NCBI GenBank assembly: GCA_964428795.1
Contig: CAYRZL010000003.1
Coordinates: 4,999 to 68,998, forward strand
Source: an uncultured Lachnospiraceae bacterium
GTDB taxonomy: Bacteria > Bacillota > Clostridia > Lachnospirales > Lachnospiraceae
Reading direction: 5' to 3'
Length of the DNA stretch: 64,000 nt
Of this stretch, positions 19,966-28,969 are shown piece after piece. Both the position numbers and the translations under genes were made by a program. How positions within the stretch are numbered: position 1 is the stretch's first letter; each line of letters opens with the position of its first letter. The notes beneath the pieces are model-generated. The model had not been told where the DNA came from, did no database searches, and saw only the letters and a list, made by a program, of their open reading frames with translations.

Positions 19966-21320
19966 AGAAATATTTAACGGGACATATCTGGGAATGGCTG
20001 TTGTGCACTCTGATGTCGGCAACAATGCTCATCACATTTTCGCAGGGATTTTATATTCCGAATAAGGTGGCGGACAGCTTTCCCCTTGCGCTTATTGTAT
20101 CGGCGGTGGTTTTATTCCTTTTGTTGCTCACAGGATACAACCGGGTGGGGATGATCCTGTTTCCCATTTGTCTGGTTTTGCTGGGGATCTGCTTCTTTTT
20201 CTGGCTGAGGATAAATGAAATAGATATTGTGGATAAGGAGGGCAGCGCTACCGCCATATACATCTATTGCTTTGCCGCTATTATTTTTCCGTTGATTACA
20301 TATCTGCTGGCAAGAGGGAGAGTTGGCATCTGCGCCCTGTTTTTGATCGGCATCTGTCTGTTCGGTGTTATAGACTATTTGAATTATGACATGAAAGTCT
20401 GGTGCTGCGCAGTTTTTGTATGCTGCGGACCTGCCCTGTTTGCTCTGCGGATGTATCGGATAAAGTCTTTGCAGGGAAGCGCTTTTGCACCGGAGTTTTT
20501 CAAGCTGTTCCGGACAGCTGTTTTGGTAGGTGTGTTTGCACTGGCACTGGCATTTGCTGTGTATGGAGGGATCATCAGACCCTTGTCCCCGCCTACGGCA
20601 ACGGTGAATCTGGTGACAAAATATATGCGGTGGGAGATACTTGAGAAGACCGGCATCACGGACAGTTATACGGTTCCGGATGAACTGCTGAGTGCAAGAA
20701 ACAAAGACAGCACTACCTCCTCCCAGAAACAGAAGGAAGAGGAAGAAAACGAGGAAGGAAGAGAGCAGCAGAACGGACAGGAGGATGACAGTGACAATCA
20801 GAAAGATACGGACGGAATCAAATCCTCTCTGGGAGATGAAACCGGAGGCGGAGATGGCCAGGAAGTGTATTATAGGATGATCCGTCTCACAGAGATTCTT
20901 CTGGACAAGCTGCCGCTCATTATTATCCTACTGTGTATCGTCATCGTCTGCATACCGTTGTTAAAGTGCTATTTGTGGAAGAAAAAAATAAAACAGGCAT
21001 GGGCGCTGACCGCAACAGAACGGGCTATATGGATGGGAAAATACTATCTGACAAAGTTCAGACGACTTGGGTATAAGCGGCTGCCCTGGCAGACGGAGCG
21101 GGAATATGTACAAAACATGGGAACTACCCTTGGAAACTATACGGAAGGTACCCTTTCCCTGTCAGAACTGATGGAAATATACATAAGAGCAAGATATGGC
21201 GGTGAGGAGCCTACGAGGGAAGAAGATCAGAAGCTGATGGAATTTTACCCTGTGTTTCGGAATAATTACCGCAGAAAGAAAGGCAATATCAATTATTTAC
21301 TGAAATATTTTAAGATATAG
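19962..21320 (+). CDS. Polytopic membrane protein with a C-terminal DUF4129-like domain
   Basis: About 453 aa from the ATG at 19962, which forms an ATGA overlap with the DUF58 stop. It has several N-terminal TM helices and an acidic low-complexity linker. The C-terminal region (LPWQTEREYVQNMG ... IYIRARYGGEEPT) matches the DUF4129 pattern. I can see no transglutaminase Cys-His-Asp core. Confidence 0.6.
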   Translation: MKKYLTGHIWEWLLCTLMSATMLITFSQGFYIPNKVADSFPLALIVSAVVLFLLLLTGYNRVGMILFPICLVLLGICFFFWLRINEIDIVDKEGSATAIYIYCFAAIIFPLITYLLARGRVGICALFLIGICLFGVIDYLNYDMKVWCCAVFVCCGPALFALRMYRIKSLQGSAFAPEFFKLFRTAVLVGVFALALAFAVYGGIIRPLSPPTATVNLVTKYMRWEILEKTGITDSYTVPDELLSARNKDSTTSSQKQKEEEENEEGREQQNGQEDDSDNQKDTDGIKSSLGDETGGGDGQEVYYRMIRLTEILLDKLPLIIILLCIVIVCIPLLKCYLWKKKIKQAWALTATERAIWMGKYYLTKFRRLGYKRLPWQTEREYVQNMGTTLGNYTEGTLSLSELMEIYIRARYGGEEPTREEDQKLMEFYPVFRNNYRRKKGNINYLLKYFKI

Positions 21321-21334
21321 GAGGAAACATTGAA

Positions 21335-22300
21335 ATGGAACAAAACATCTCAGGACTTACAGCTCAGGAAAGTGAATATGCGCTGCGGCTGATAAACAGC
21401 GTAATTGAGAATGTGGAGAAAGAAATCGTGGGCAAGCGTGAGGCCATTGAACTGGTTCTGACTGCGCTTCTGACCCAGGGGCATGTACTTTTGGAGGACG
21501 TACCCGGTGTGGGAAAGACAAGCCTGATCTCTGCGGTTGCAAAGAGTATAGACTGTGGATTCAAACGTATACAGTTCACGCCGGATCTGATGCCATCAGA
21601 TGTGACCGGATTTTCCGTATATAACCAGAAAACCGGAGAATTTGAGTTTCGTCCCGGAGCAGTCATGAGCAATCTGATCCTTGCAGACGAGATCAACCGG
21701 GCATCGGCAAAGACCCAGGCATCTCTCCTGGAAGCAATGGAGGAAAAACAGGTGACAGTAGATTCCATGACTTACAAACTGGAACCGCCCTTTATGGTCA
21801 TGGCAACCCAGAATCCGGTGGAGTCTTTCGGAACCTACCCGCTGCCTGAAGCTCAGATCGATCGTTTTGTACTAAAACTCAAAATTGGTTATCCAAGCGT
21901 GGAGGAGGAGCAGCAGATCATACATGCAAAATCCACAGGCGGTGCGGAATTGTCGGCAGTCATCACCAGAGATGAGGTAATCTGGCTGACACAGATCGCG
22001 ACGAAGGTTTATATGGATAAGGATATTGAGCGATATATCGTGGAGCTGGTATCTGCTACCCGGACAAATTCAAAGGTAACACTTGGATCCTCGCCCCGTG
22101 GTTCTATCGCTCTGAGCAGGACCGCGAAGGTAAGAGCACTGTTTTCAGGGAGAGGATATGTAATCCCGGATGATGTGAAATATATGGCGCCTTATGTGCT
22201 GGCACATCGTCTGATACTCAGTCACGAGGCAAAAGCGCAGCGAATCATGCCGGAGAAAATTATAAAGGAAATTCTGGACAGTGTGATCGCACCATCCTAA
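21335..22300 (+). CDS. MoxR-family AAA+ ATPase
   Basis: 321 aa. Walker A EDVPGVGKTS and Walker B LILADEINRA. The size and C-terminal lid region are typical of MoxR (AAA_3). Confidence 0.9.
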   Translation: MEQNISGLTAQESEYALRLINSVIENVEKEIVGKREAIELVLTALLTQGHVLLEDVPGVGKTSLISAVAKSIDCGFKRIQFTPDLMPSDVTGFSVYNQKTGEFEFRPGAVMSNLILADEINRASAKTQASLLEAMEEKQVTVDSMTYKLEPPFMVMATQNPVESFGTYPLPEAQIDRFVLKLKIGYPSVEEEQQIIHAKSTGGAELSAVITRDEVIWLTQIATKVYMDKDIERYIVELVSATRTNSKVTLGSSPRGSIALSRTAKVRALFSGRGYVIPDDVKYMAPYVLAHRLILSHEAKAQRIMPEKIIKEILDSVIAPS

Positions 22301-22318
22301 AAGTAAAGGAGGAAAGAC

Positions 22319-25300
22319 ATGAATGGAATAATTGTAAGGTCAGGAGCCTTTGTTCTGGCGGCAGCACTGGCTCTGCAGATGGGAAGCTATGCTTCCATGA
22401 ATACTTATGCAGCGGAAGACGAAACAGATACTTTGGTATTGACTGATCCCGTAATCGATACAGAATCAGAGGAAGCTGCATCCATGAACTCCGGACAGAT
22501 TGTCACCTATGATTGTGTATGGTTTGGCAGTTATCCACAGGCGGAGGTGGTATCCTCTGATATGGCGTCTATTGATGAGGATGGAAATGTGTCTCTGCTT
22601 TCTTACGCTATGATCGGCGGGGATTATATCAGATCCGATGATCTGATCGTAGATGATGAGGCTTATGCGAAGCTCACTGCGGCTGAGGAGTCTGAGTGGA
22701 GCGAAGATGGGGACATTACCATCGACGGTGAGACATACCGCAGGCTTTCCTCTGACGATGCGACAACTGCGTCCACAAATACAACCGGAGGATATTATTA
22801 TTGGGCAAATGATGAGGATAGGTATCATTATTTCAAGTATGAGCCTGTTAAATGGAGGGTGCTTTCCGTGGATGAGGACAGCAATCAGGCATTACTCATG
22901 GCAGACATCTGTCTGGATGACCAGCCTTATTATGTGAATTCCGCGACCAGTGCTGTGTCAGGTGTCACCTATGATGTGAGTACCATTCGCAGTTGGCTCA
23001 ATGGTTATGGTAAAAGTGAAAATAAAAAATCAAAAGACTATACAAAGTCCAATTTCATGGATGCGGCATTTTCCGCAGCGGAGAGAGCTGCCATCCCACT
23101 GACCACCGTAAAAAACACAGCATCCATGCTTCAGTCAAATGTGGCGAGCGGTGATGACACGGAGGATTATATTTTCCTTCCTTCTGATCAGGAAATGTTT
23201 CAGTATAACGATATCATCACAGATGCTTTCACCTATGGTTTTGCGGAAGATTACAACACTGCGGATGAGGGCAGACAGCGCCAGGCCAGTGCCTATGCCA
23301 GAGCTATGGGAGCATTTTCCGGAAATGCAAACTATCCGTATAATTGTGCCTATTTTCTGAGAACTACAGTTTATAACAGTACGGTTGGCAATACCACTTA
23401 TACAACAGCAAAATTTGTGAATCAGATAACGTACAGCGGAGCAGTCAGCGCAGTAAACAATGTGAGTCGTAATGTGGGCGTGTGTCCGGCATTGTATCTG
23501 GATCTTTCAAAAACAAATCTGTACAGCTATGCTGGAACCGTCAGCACAGACGGTACAATGTCAGAGACGGAAAACGACAGAATTTCCATCGCCCAGGCAG
23601 ATATTATCCTTTCTCTGCCGGAGGACGGTTATGTCTATACAGGGGATGAAATAACACAGGAGATCACTGTCTCCTATAAAGAGGAGATTCTGAGCGAAGG
23701 ACTGGATTATCAGATTAGTTATACAAACAACGTTTCCGCGGGAACAGCCGAGGTGACGGTGAGCGGAATCGGAGATTACATGGGATCTGTCACAAAAACC
23801 TTTGTGATTAGCGGTACCGATATATCCGATGCAGCGGTCACTTTGGAGTACGACAGTGTATCCTATGACATTTTTGACGTATCCCCAAAAACACCGGCAG
23901 TTACCTCCGTTGTTCTGGGGGACGCTGTCCTGCCTGAAAATACATACACTGTGTCTTATGAAGATAATGTTGAACTGGGAACAGCCACAGTGATTGTGAC
24001 CGGAAATAATGAGGCAGGATATACAGGAGAAACAACCGCTGCCTTTGAGATCGTGAAAGATATCATAACCCTGGAGGAGACTGATATAGATGAGCCAAAA
24101 CAGGATGAAGAAGCAGGGACGGTTACCTGGGACTGCGTATGGTTTGGCAGTTATCCACAGGCGGAGGTGATCACGCAGGAGATGTCTGAGGAGTATCAGG
24201 TGTATTATGCGCGGTATGGCGGCATAGGTTCAAACAACGGGGCAGTGCTGGATACCGTTCAGGATGGAGATACCATTGTAGATGATGAGTTATATGCGGC
24301 ATTAAAGGGTTCACAGGATTGGGATTCCAACAATGATCTCATTCTCGGAGGAGTGAAATATCACCGGCTCAGAGGATTGAATGCCACAACAAAATATGCA
24401 GAAAAAACGTCAGGCTATTATATCTGGGAGAATATGACTACCTACCATTATTTCAAATATGAACCGGTCAAATGGCGGGTGCTTTCCGTGGATGAAGAAA
24501 ATGATCAGATGCTGCTGCTTTCGGACAAGATTCTGGATACACAACTATACAATAGTGTAAATAAAAAGGTGACCTGGGCAGGCAGTACGATCCGTAGCTG
24601 GTTAAACGGGTATTCGAATTTGAAAAATGATTACGGAACTGACTATAGATCCCAGAATTTTTCAGATCAGGCATTTTCGGATAACGAGCAGGAGGTTCTT
24701 GTGAAAAACCGTATTACAGCTCCGGAAGGTACGTCCAGTGTTACGGACAGAATATTCTTCCTCTCGGAAGAGAACATAAAAAATGGAGCTTATGGAACTT
24801 TAAAAGACGCCTTGAGAAGCAAAAGCAGCACTTATGCCAAAGCAATGGGGCTGTACAGTGCTATTCCCTCAAACGGAAGAGATACTGCTTCTCTGAATTA
24901 CTGTAACTGGTGGACACTCAGTTGGTATTCAGGAATTATCAGCGGTAAAAATGTTACTTCCTATGCAACAAATGCGGGAATCAGCCGGGAAGTGAGTCTG
25001 GGAATCGATGTGAATACCGGTTATATCGGTGTGCGCCCGGCGCTGATTCTGGATACCTCCGCAGAGCAGTATGGCTATGCAGGAACAGTCAGCTCGAACG
25101 GAATTATAAGGGAACAGGAGGAGACCACCTCTCTGGCAGCAGCTCTTGTGGATTTTGAGGAGAACCTTTCCGAAGAATCCGGCGAGGAGATTTTGGAAGG
25201 TATGACCGTGTACTTGAATGGACAGATACTGGAAAAAGACGTGGATTATAAGGCGGCTTTTCATAAAACTGTAACGGAGCAGGGGCAGACAGAGATACTC

Positions 25301-25978
25301 ATCACGATTACCGGATGCGGTAATTACAATGGCTATGCCAGCGTTTCTTATCCGGAAACCGCAGAGGAAGAGGAGGAACCGGATGATGATCTGAATCATG
25401 CTGCGGTGGATAACGGTCTTGCCAATGAGGCAGATGCAGACGGAAACTGGTATTACTATACAGATGGCAGGATAGATACGTCATACACTGGATTTGCTGC
25501 AAACAAGAATGGCAGCTGGTATGTGACAAAGGGAAAGGTTACCTTTAAAGATAACAGTGTAATCAAAGATGCTTCAGGCGCTATTGGAACGAAGGGAACC
25601 TGGTACTATGTAGTTGGAAGTAAGGTGCAGACCTCCTACACCGGCGTGGCAGATTACAAAAATGCAAATGGCTGGTGGTATATAAAGAAAGGAAAGGTGG
25701 ACTTTAGCGCAAACACCGTAGCAAAGAACAAAAATGGCTGGTGGTATATAAAGAAAGGAAAGGTGGACTTTAGCGCAAACACTGTAGCAAACAACAAAAA
25801 TGGCTGGTGGTATGTAGTTGGCGGAAAAGTACAGTTTGACTATACTGGTGTAGCGAACTACAAGAATGCAAATGGCTGGTGGTACATTAAGAAAGGAAAG
25901 GTAGACTTTACCTATACAGGAAAGGCGAAGAACAAGAATGGCACCTGGAATGTTGTAAAAGGAAAAGTGGTTTTCTGA
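22319..25978 (+). CDS. Large secreted surface protein: 2x DUF6273-like domains, Ig-like repeats and C-terminal cell-wall-binding (CW_binding_1-like) repeats
   Basis: 1219 aa with a signal peptide. Two copies of the module VWFGSYPQAEV ... YHYFKYEPVKWRVLSVD ... STIRSWLNGY ... VCPALYLD / VRPALILD. Repeats of the YTG..IT..ITVSY ... GTAEVTVSG type follow. The C-terminal repeats are about 20-22 aa each (NGWWYIKKGKVDF ...). Confidence 0.8.
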   Translation: MNGIIVRSGAFVLAAALALQMGSYASMNTYAAEDETDTLVLTDPVIDTESEEAASMNSGQIVTYDCVWFGSYPQAEVVSSDMASIDEDGNVSLLSYAMIGGDYIRSDDLIVDDEAYAKLTAAEESEWSEDGDITIDGETYRRLSSDDATTASTNTTGGYYYWANDEDRYHYFKYEPVKWRVLSVDEDSNQALLMADICLDDQPYYVNSATSAVSGVTYDVSTIRSWLNGYGKSENKKSKDYTKSNFMDAAFSAAERAAIPLTTVKNTASMLQSNVASGDDTEDYIFLPSDQEMFQYNDIITDAFTYGFAEDYNTADEGRQRQASAYARAMGAFSGNANYPYNCAYFLRTTVYNSTVGNTTYTTAKFVNQITYSGAVSAVNNVSRNVGVCPALYLDLSKTNLYSYAGTVSTDGTMSETENDRISIAQADIILSLPEDGYVYTGDEITQEITVSYKEEILSEGLDYQISYTNNVSAGTAEVTVSGIGDYMGSVTKTFVISGTDISDAAVTLEYDSVSYDIFDVSPKTPAVTSVVLGDAVLPENTYTVSYEDNVELGTATVIVTGNNEAGYTGETTAAFEIVKDIITLEETDIDEPKQDEEAGTVTWDCVWFGSYPQAEVITQEMSEEYQVYYARYGGIGSNNGAVLDTVQDGDTIVDDELYAALKGSQDWDSNNDLILGGVKYHRLRGLNATTKYAEKTSGYYIWENMTTYHYFKYEPVKWRVLSVDEENDQMLLLSDKILDTQLYNSVNKKVTWAGSTIRSWLNGYSNLKNDYGTDYRSQNFSDQAFSDNEQEVLVKNRITAPEGTSSVTDRIFFLSEENIKNGAYGTLKDALRSKSSTYAKAMGLYSAIPSNGRDTASLNYCNWWTLSWYSGIISGKNVTSYATNAGISREVSLGIDVNTGYIGVRPALILDTSAEQYGYAGTVSSNGIIREQEETTSLAAALVDFEENLSEESGEEILEGMTVYLNGQILEKDVDYKAAFHKTVTEQGQTEILITITGCGNYNGYASVSYPETAEEEEEPDDDLNHAAVDNGLANEADADGNWYYYTDGRIDTSYTGFAANKNGSWYVTKGKVTFKDNSVIKDASGAIGTKGTWYYVVGSKVQTSYTGVADYKNANGWWYIKKGKVDFSANTVAKNKNGWWYIKKGKVDFSANTVANNKNGWWYVVGGKVQFDYTGVANYKNANGWWYIKKGKVDFTYTGKAKNKNGTWNVVKGKVVF

Positions 25979-26012
25979 TTAAAAATCAATTAAAAATAAA
26001 ACAATATAAAAC

Positions 26013-26042
26013 TTGACAAAACTTATCTATTATTGATATAAA
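26013..26042 (+). promoter_or_regulatory. Putative promoter of 880-aa surface protein gene copy 1
   Basis: TTGACA (26013-26018), a 17/18-nt spacer, then ATATAA/TATAAA (26036-26042). An AT-rich UP-like tract lies upstream. Confidence 0.45.
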
Positions 26043-26152
26043 TATAGTTGTATTACATAATGAACATGTAAAAACATTACAAAAATAGAAAAAAGTCATC
26101 AATGGAGAGATCTATTTATGAAATAATTTTTTTATGAGGAGGTTGTTAACCT

Positions 26153-28795
26153 ATGAAATTAGAAAAAGTCAAGAAAATAGGTATCAGTCTGACTGTGGCT
26201 GCTACGATGGTAGCCCCCTCGCTGACATCTATCACAGCGAGTGCAGCGTCAGATTACGAGATTGCATTTCCAACGGAATCTATGAGTGTGGAAACCACGG
26301 ATTCAGAGGGGCGCGAAATTATGACAACGCTGACCCAGCGTGCCGCTTCCGAAATCCCGCTGATATTCGGAGTCAATGTTATCTCAGGTAACATGTTCAG
26401 CGGTCTGCAGTATCTGGCTGGTACATCCGTAAATGAAAATCCGGATCCGTATCTCTGGAATTACAACTATATGCAGGAGACCGGAAAGGAAGATCTGCCA
26501 AAAGGTACTTATTATGAGAATATTGGTAATGATCTGACAAATCCAAACGGACTGTATCAGAGCGGCGGCGGAAACCAGGCTTATGGACAGTCTGTGGAAT
26601 CCCTTGGAGGAGTGGGATACGCAGTGGGTTATCGTACCGACGTTGTATTTAGCTTTAATTCCATCCTGGTAGATCAGATTGACTGGGTACGCAGTCTGAA
26701 GCCCGGAGATACGTATTATCAGGAAGGTGATGAGAACTACAGCCCTCTTTTGGCAGATGTTCAGACCGCCGGCGTATCGGCTCGTCTTTATTCATGGACA
26801 GATCTGGGAAGTGCTCTGTCCGCTTACTTGGAAGAGCATACGGATCTGACCACCCGTTATGACGATCCGGAGATTATCGGTAATGATGTGGCACAGTTCT
26901 CAGCAGGTATCCCGTATTATATCGCATCCCTGATTGCGGACGGTACTATTGAAAAGAAGACAGCGGCTTATGTCAGTGCAATTGATGAGTATACTCTGAC
27001 ATGTACGAATCCTGCCGCTGCAGGAAATGTAGCTGCCGATGTATATGCAGAGGTTTGCAACTTTAATTATATAACTGGAGACTATACGATAGAAAAATTG
27101 ATGGAGGAGGATGTGGATCTGATCATTCTGGCAGCCAGCGGTTATGGTTATGCTAACTCGGGAAACTCTGGCGGAGCTACCGGCGGTGTCGGTGGTCCTG
27201 GCGGCGGCGGAGCCGCAAACACTTCCTCCAAACTGGACATCCTGAATGCAATCGAAGCCTTGGGTTATACTGCTGATGAGACTCCGTTGGTAATGGATTC
27301 CAATACAGTCAGCGTACAGCTTGGCAACAATGGTTACAACTTCTCCCCGATCACTCCAATGTTTATGCCTTATGTACAGACTTATGCTTATATGGATGAG
27401 CTGGCAGAAGTGAATGAGGCGATCAATCCGGTAGCCATGGTAGTATTTATGATGGATGAGCTGGCTCACGTTACCGATGAGGCCTGCAAAGATGTTGCAT
27501 TGTACTATATCGGAAGCAAATGGGATTCTGTAGACAGCGAATACGACAGAGTACCGGATCTGGAGAATTATGTGTATGATAAAGATGCGATCATCGATGC
27601 AATCTATGACGGTGTAAATTATGCATTGTCCGGCGAGGCAGAGGAAAACGGAAACTATCTGATGCCTGCTTACAGAGCAACAGAGACAGCATACCAACTT
27701 CTGACAGAGTCTTCCACCACAGAGATTCCGGAAGAAGGTCATGATTATGTTACGGTAGAAGTGAATGGCGTAACAAAATATCTGGATCTGACAGCTTTGA
27801 TTGCATCTGACAGTGATGATGCAGATGATTCAGAGGATGATTCCGAAAGCGACGGAAACAATGAGTTTAACTATGATGATATTCGTACAAGCTATGAAGC
27901 AATCATCGATTACTACAACACAAGCGAGTATGGCTATGGCGATGACCTTCAGACAACACTCCAGAATTATGCTGACCATATGGTATTGCATGTATGGGAG
28001 CCGGATTTATCTGTAGAGGGATCTTATGTATATGATGATGAATCAGGTGATGATGAAGTTGTAATTGAAGATGGTCTTACTGATACAGCAGCTGAAGACG
28101 GAAACTGGTATTACTACACAGATGGGGAGGTAAATACCTCCTATACCGGATTTGCTGAAAATAAAAATGGAAGCTGGTATGTGGAAAATGGTAGAGTTAC
28201 ATTCAAAACCAACAGTGTAATCAAAGACACCACAGGAGCTATCGGAACAAAGGGATCCTGGTATTATGTAGTAGGAAGTAAAGTCCGGACGGATTATACC
28301 AACGTAGCAAACTATAAGAATGCAAATGGCTGGTGGTACATCAAGAATGGTAAGGTAGACTTTACATATACCGGATTTGCATCCAACAAAAACGGCAGCT
28401 GGTATGTAGAAAAAGGTCAGGTTAAGTTCAATAAAAACAGTGTAATTAAAGATACCAAAGGAACTATTGGAACAAAAGGAACCTGGTATTATGTAGTAGG
28501 AAGTAAAGTTCAGACCAGTTATACCGGCGTAGCAAACTACAAGAATGCAAATGGCTGGTGGTACATCAAGAACGGTAAGGTAGACTTTAGTGCAAACACT
28601 GTAGCAAAGAACAAAAATGGCTGGTGGTATGTAGTTGGCGGAAAAGTACAGTTTGACTATACTGGTGTAGCGAACTACAAGAATGCAAATGGCTGGTGGT
28701 ACATTAAGAAAGGAAAGGTAGACTTTACCTATACAGGAAAGGCGAAGAACAAGAATGGCACCTGGAATGTTGTAAAAGGAAAAGTGGTTTTCTGA
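26153..28795 (+). CDS. Secreted wall-anchored protein of unknown function, copy 1: novel roughly 600-aa N-terminal domain, acidic linker and CWB repeats
   Basis: 880 aa with a strong RBS (GAGGAGG) and a signal peptide (KKIGISLTVAATMVAPSLTSITASAAS). I recognise no catalytic motif. The C-terminal repeats are of the WYY/WWYIKNGKVDF type. The last 47 aa are identical to the C-terminus of the preceding 1219-aa protein. Confidence 0.8.
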   Translation: MKLEKVKKIGISLTVAATMVAPSLTSITASAASDYEIAFPTESMSVETTDSEGREIMTTLTQRAASEIPLIFGVNVISGNMFSGLQYLAGTSVNENPDPYLWNYNYMQETGKEDLPKGTYYENIGNDLTNPNGLYQSGGGNQAYGQSVESLGGVGYAVGYRTDVVFSFNSILVDQIDWVRSLKPGDTYYQEGDENYSPLLADVQTAGVSARLYSWTDLGSALSAYLEEHTDLTTRYDDPEIIGNDVAQFSAGIPYYIASLIADGTIEKKTAAYVSAIDEYTLTCTNPAAAGNVAADVYAEVCNFNYITGDYTIEKLMEEDVDLIILAASGYGYANSGNSGGATGGVGGPGGGGAANTSSKLDILNAIEALGYTADETPLVMDSNTVSVQLGNNGYNFSPITPMFMPYVQTYAYMDELAEVNEAINPVAMVVFMMDELAHVTDEACKDVALYYIGSKWDSVDSEYDRVPDLENYVYDKDAIIDAIYDGVNYALSGEAEENGNYLMPAYRATETAYQLLTESSTTEIPEEGHDYVTVEVNGVTKYLDLTALIASDSDDADDSEDDSESDGNNEFNYDDIRTSYEAIIDYYNTSEYGYGDDLQTTLQNYADHMVLHVWEPDLSVEGSYVYDDESGDDEVVIEDGLTDTAAEDGNWYYYTDGEVNTSYTGFAENKNGSWYVENGRVTFKTNSVIKDTTGAIGTKGSWYYVVGSKVRTDYTNVANYKNANGWWYIKNGKVDFTYTGFASNKNGSWYVEKGQVKFNKNSVIKDTKGTIGTKGTWYYVVGSKVQTSYTGVANYKNANGWWYIKNGKVDFSANTVAKNKNGWWYVVGGKVQFDYTGVANYKNANGWWYIKKGKVDFTYTGKAKNKNGTWNVVKGKVVF

Positions 28796-28829
28796 TTAAA
28801 AATCAATTAAAAATAAAACAATATAAAAC

Positions 28830-28859
28830 TTGACAAAACTTATCTATTATTGATATAAA
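28830..28859 (+). promoter_or_regulatory. Putative promoter of 880-aa surface protein gene copy 2
   Basis: Exact duplicate of 26013-26042, offset by 2,817 bp. Confidence 0.45.
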
Positions 28860-28969
28860 TATAGTTGTATTACATAATGAACATGTAAAAACATTACAAA
28901 AATAGAAAAAAGTCATCAATGGAGAGATCTATTTATGAAATAATTTTTTTATGAGGAGGTTGTTAACCT

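Noticed and set aside
26134-26391. 85-aa ORF (duplicated at 28951-29208) starting 19 nt upstream of the 880-aa gene
   Set aside because: It is out of frame with the 880-aa gene and overlaps its signal-peptide region. Its ATG lies inside the RBS region of the real gene. The peptide is Cys/Arg-rich with no features.
26900-27742. 280-aa antisense ORF (duplicated at 29717-30559), and the 257-aa antisense ORF at 30860-31633
   Set aside because: They lie entirely inside the strongly supported + strand 880-aa genes. The peptides are Cys/Ile/His-rich low-complexity sequences typical of shadow frames, with no RBS.
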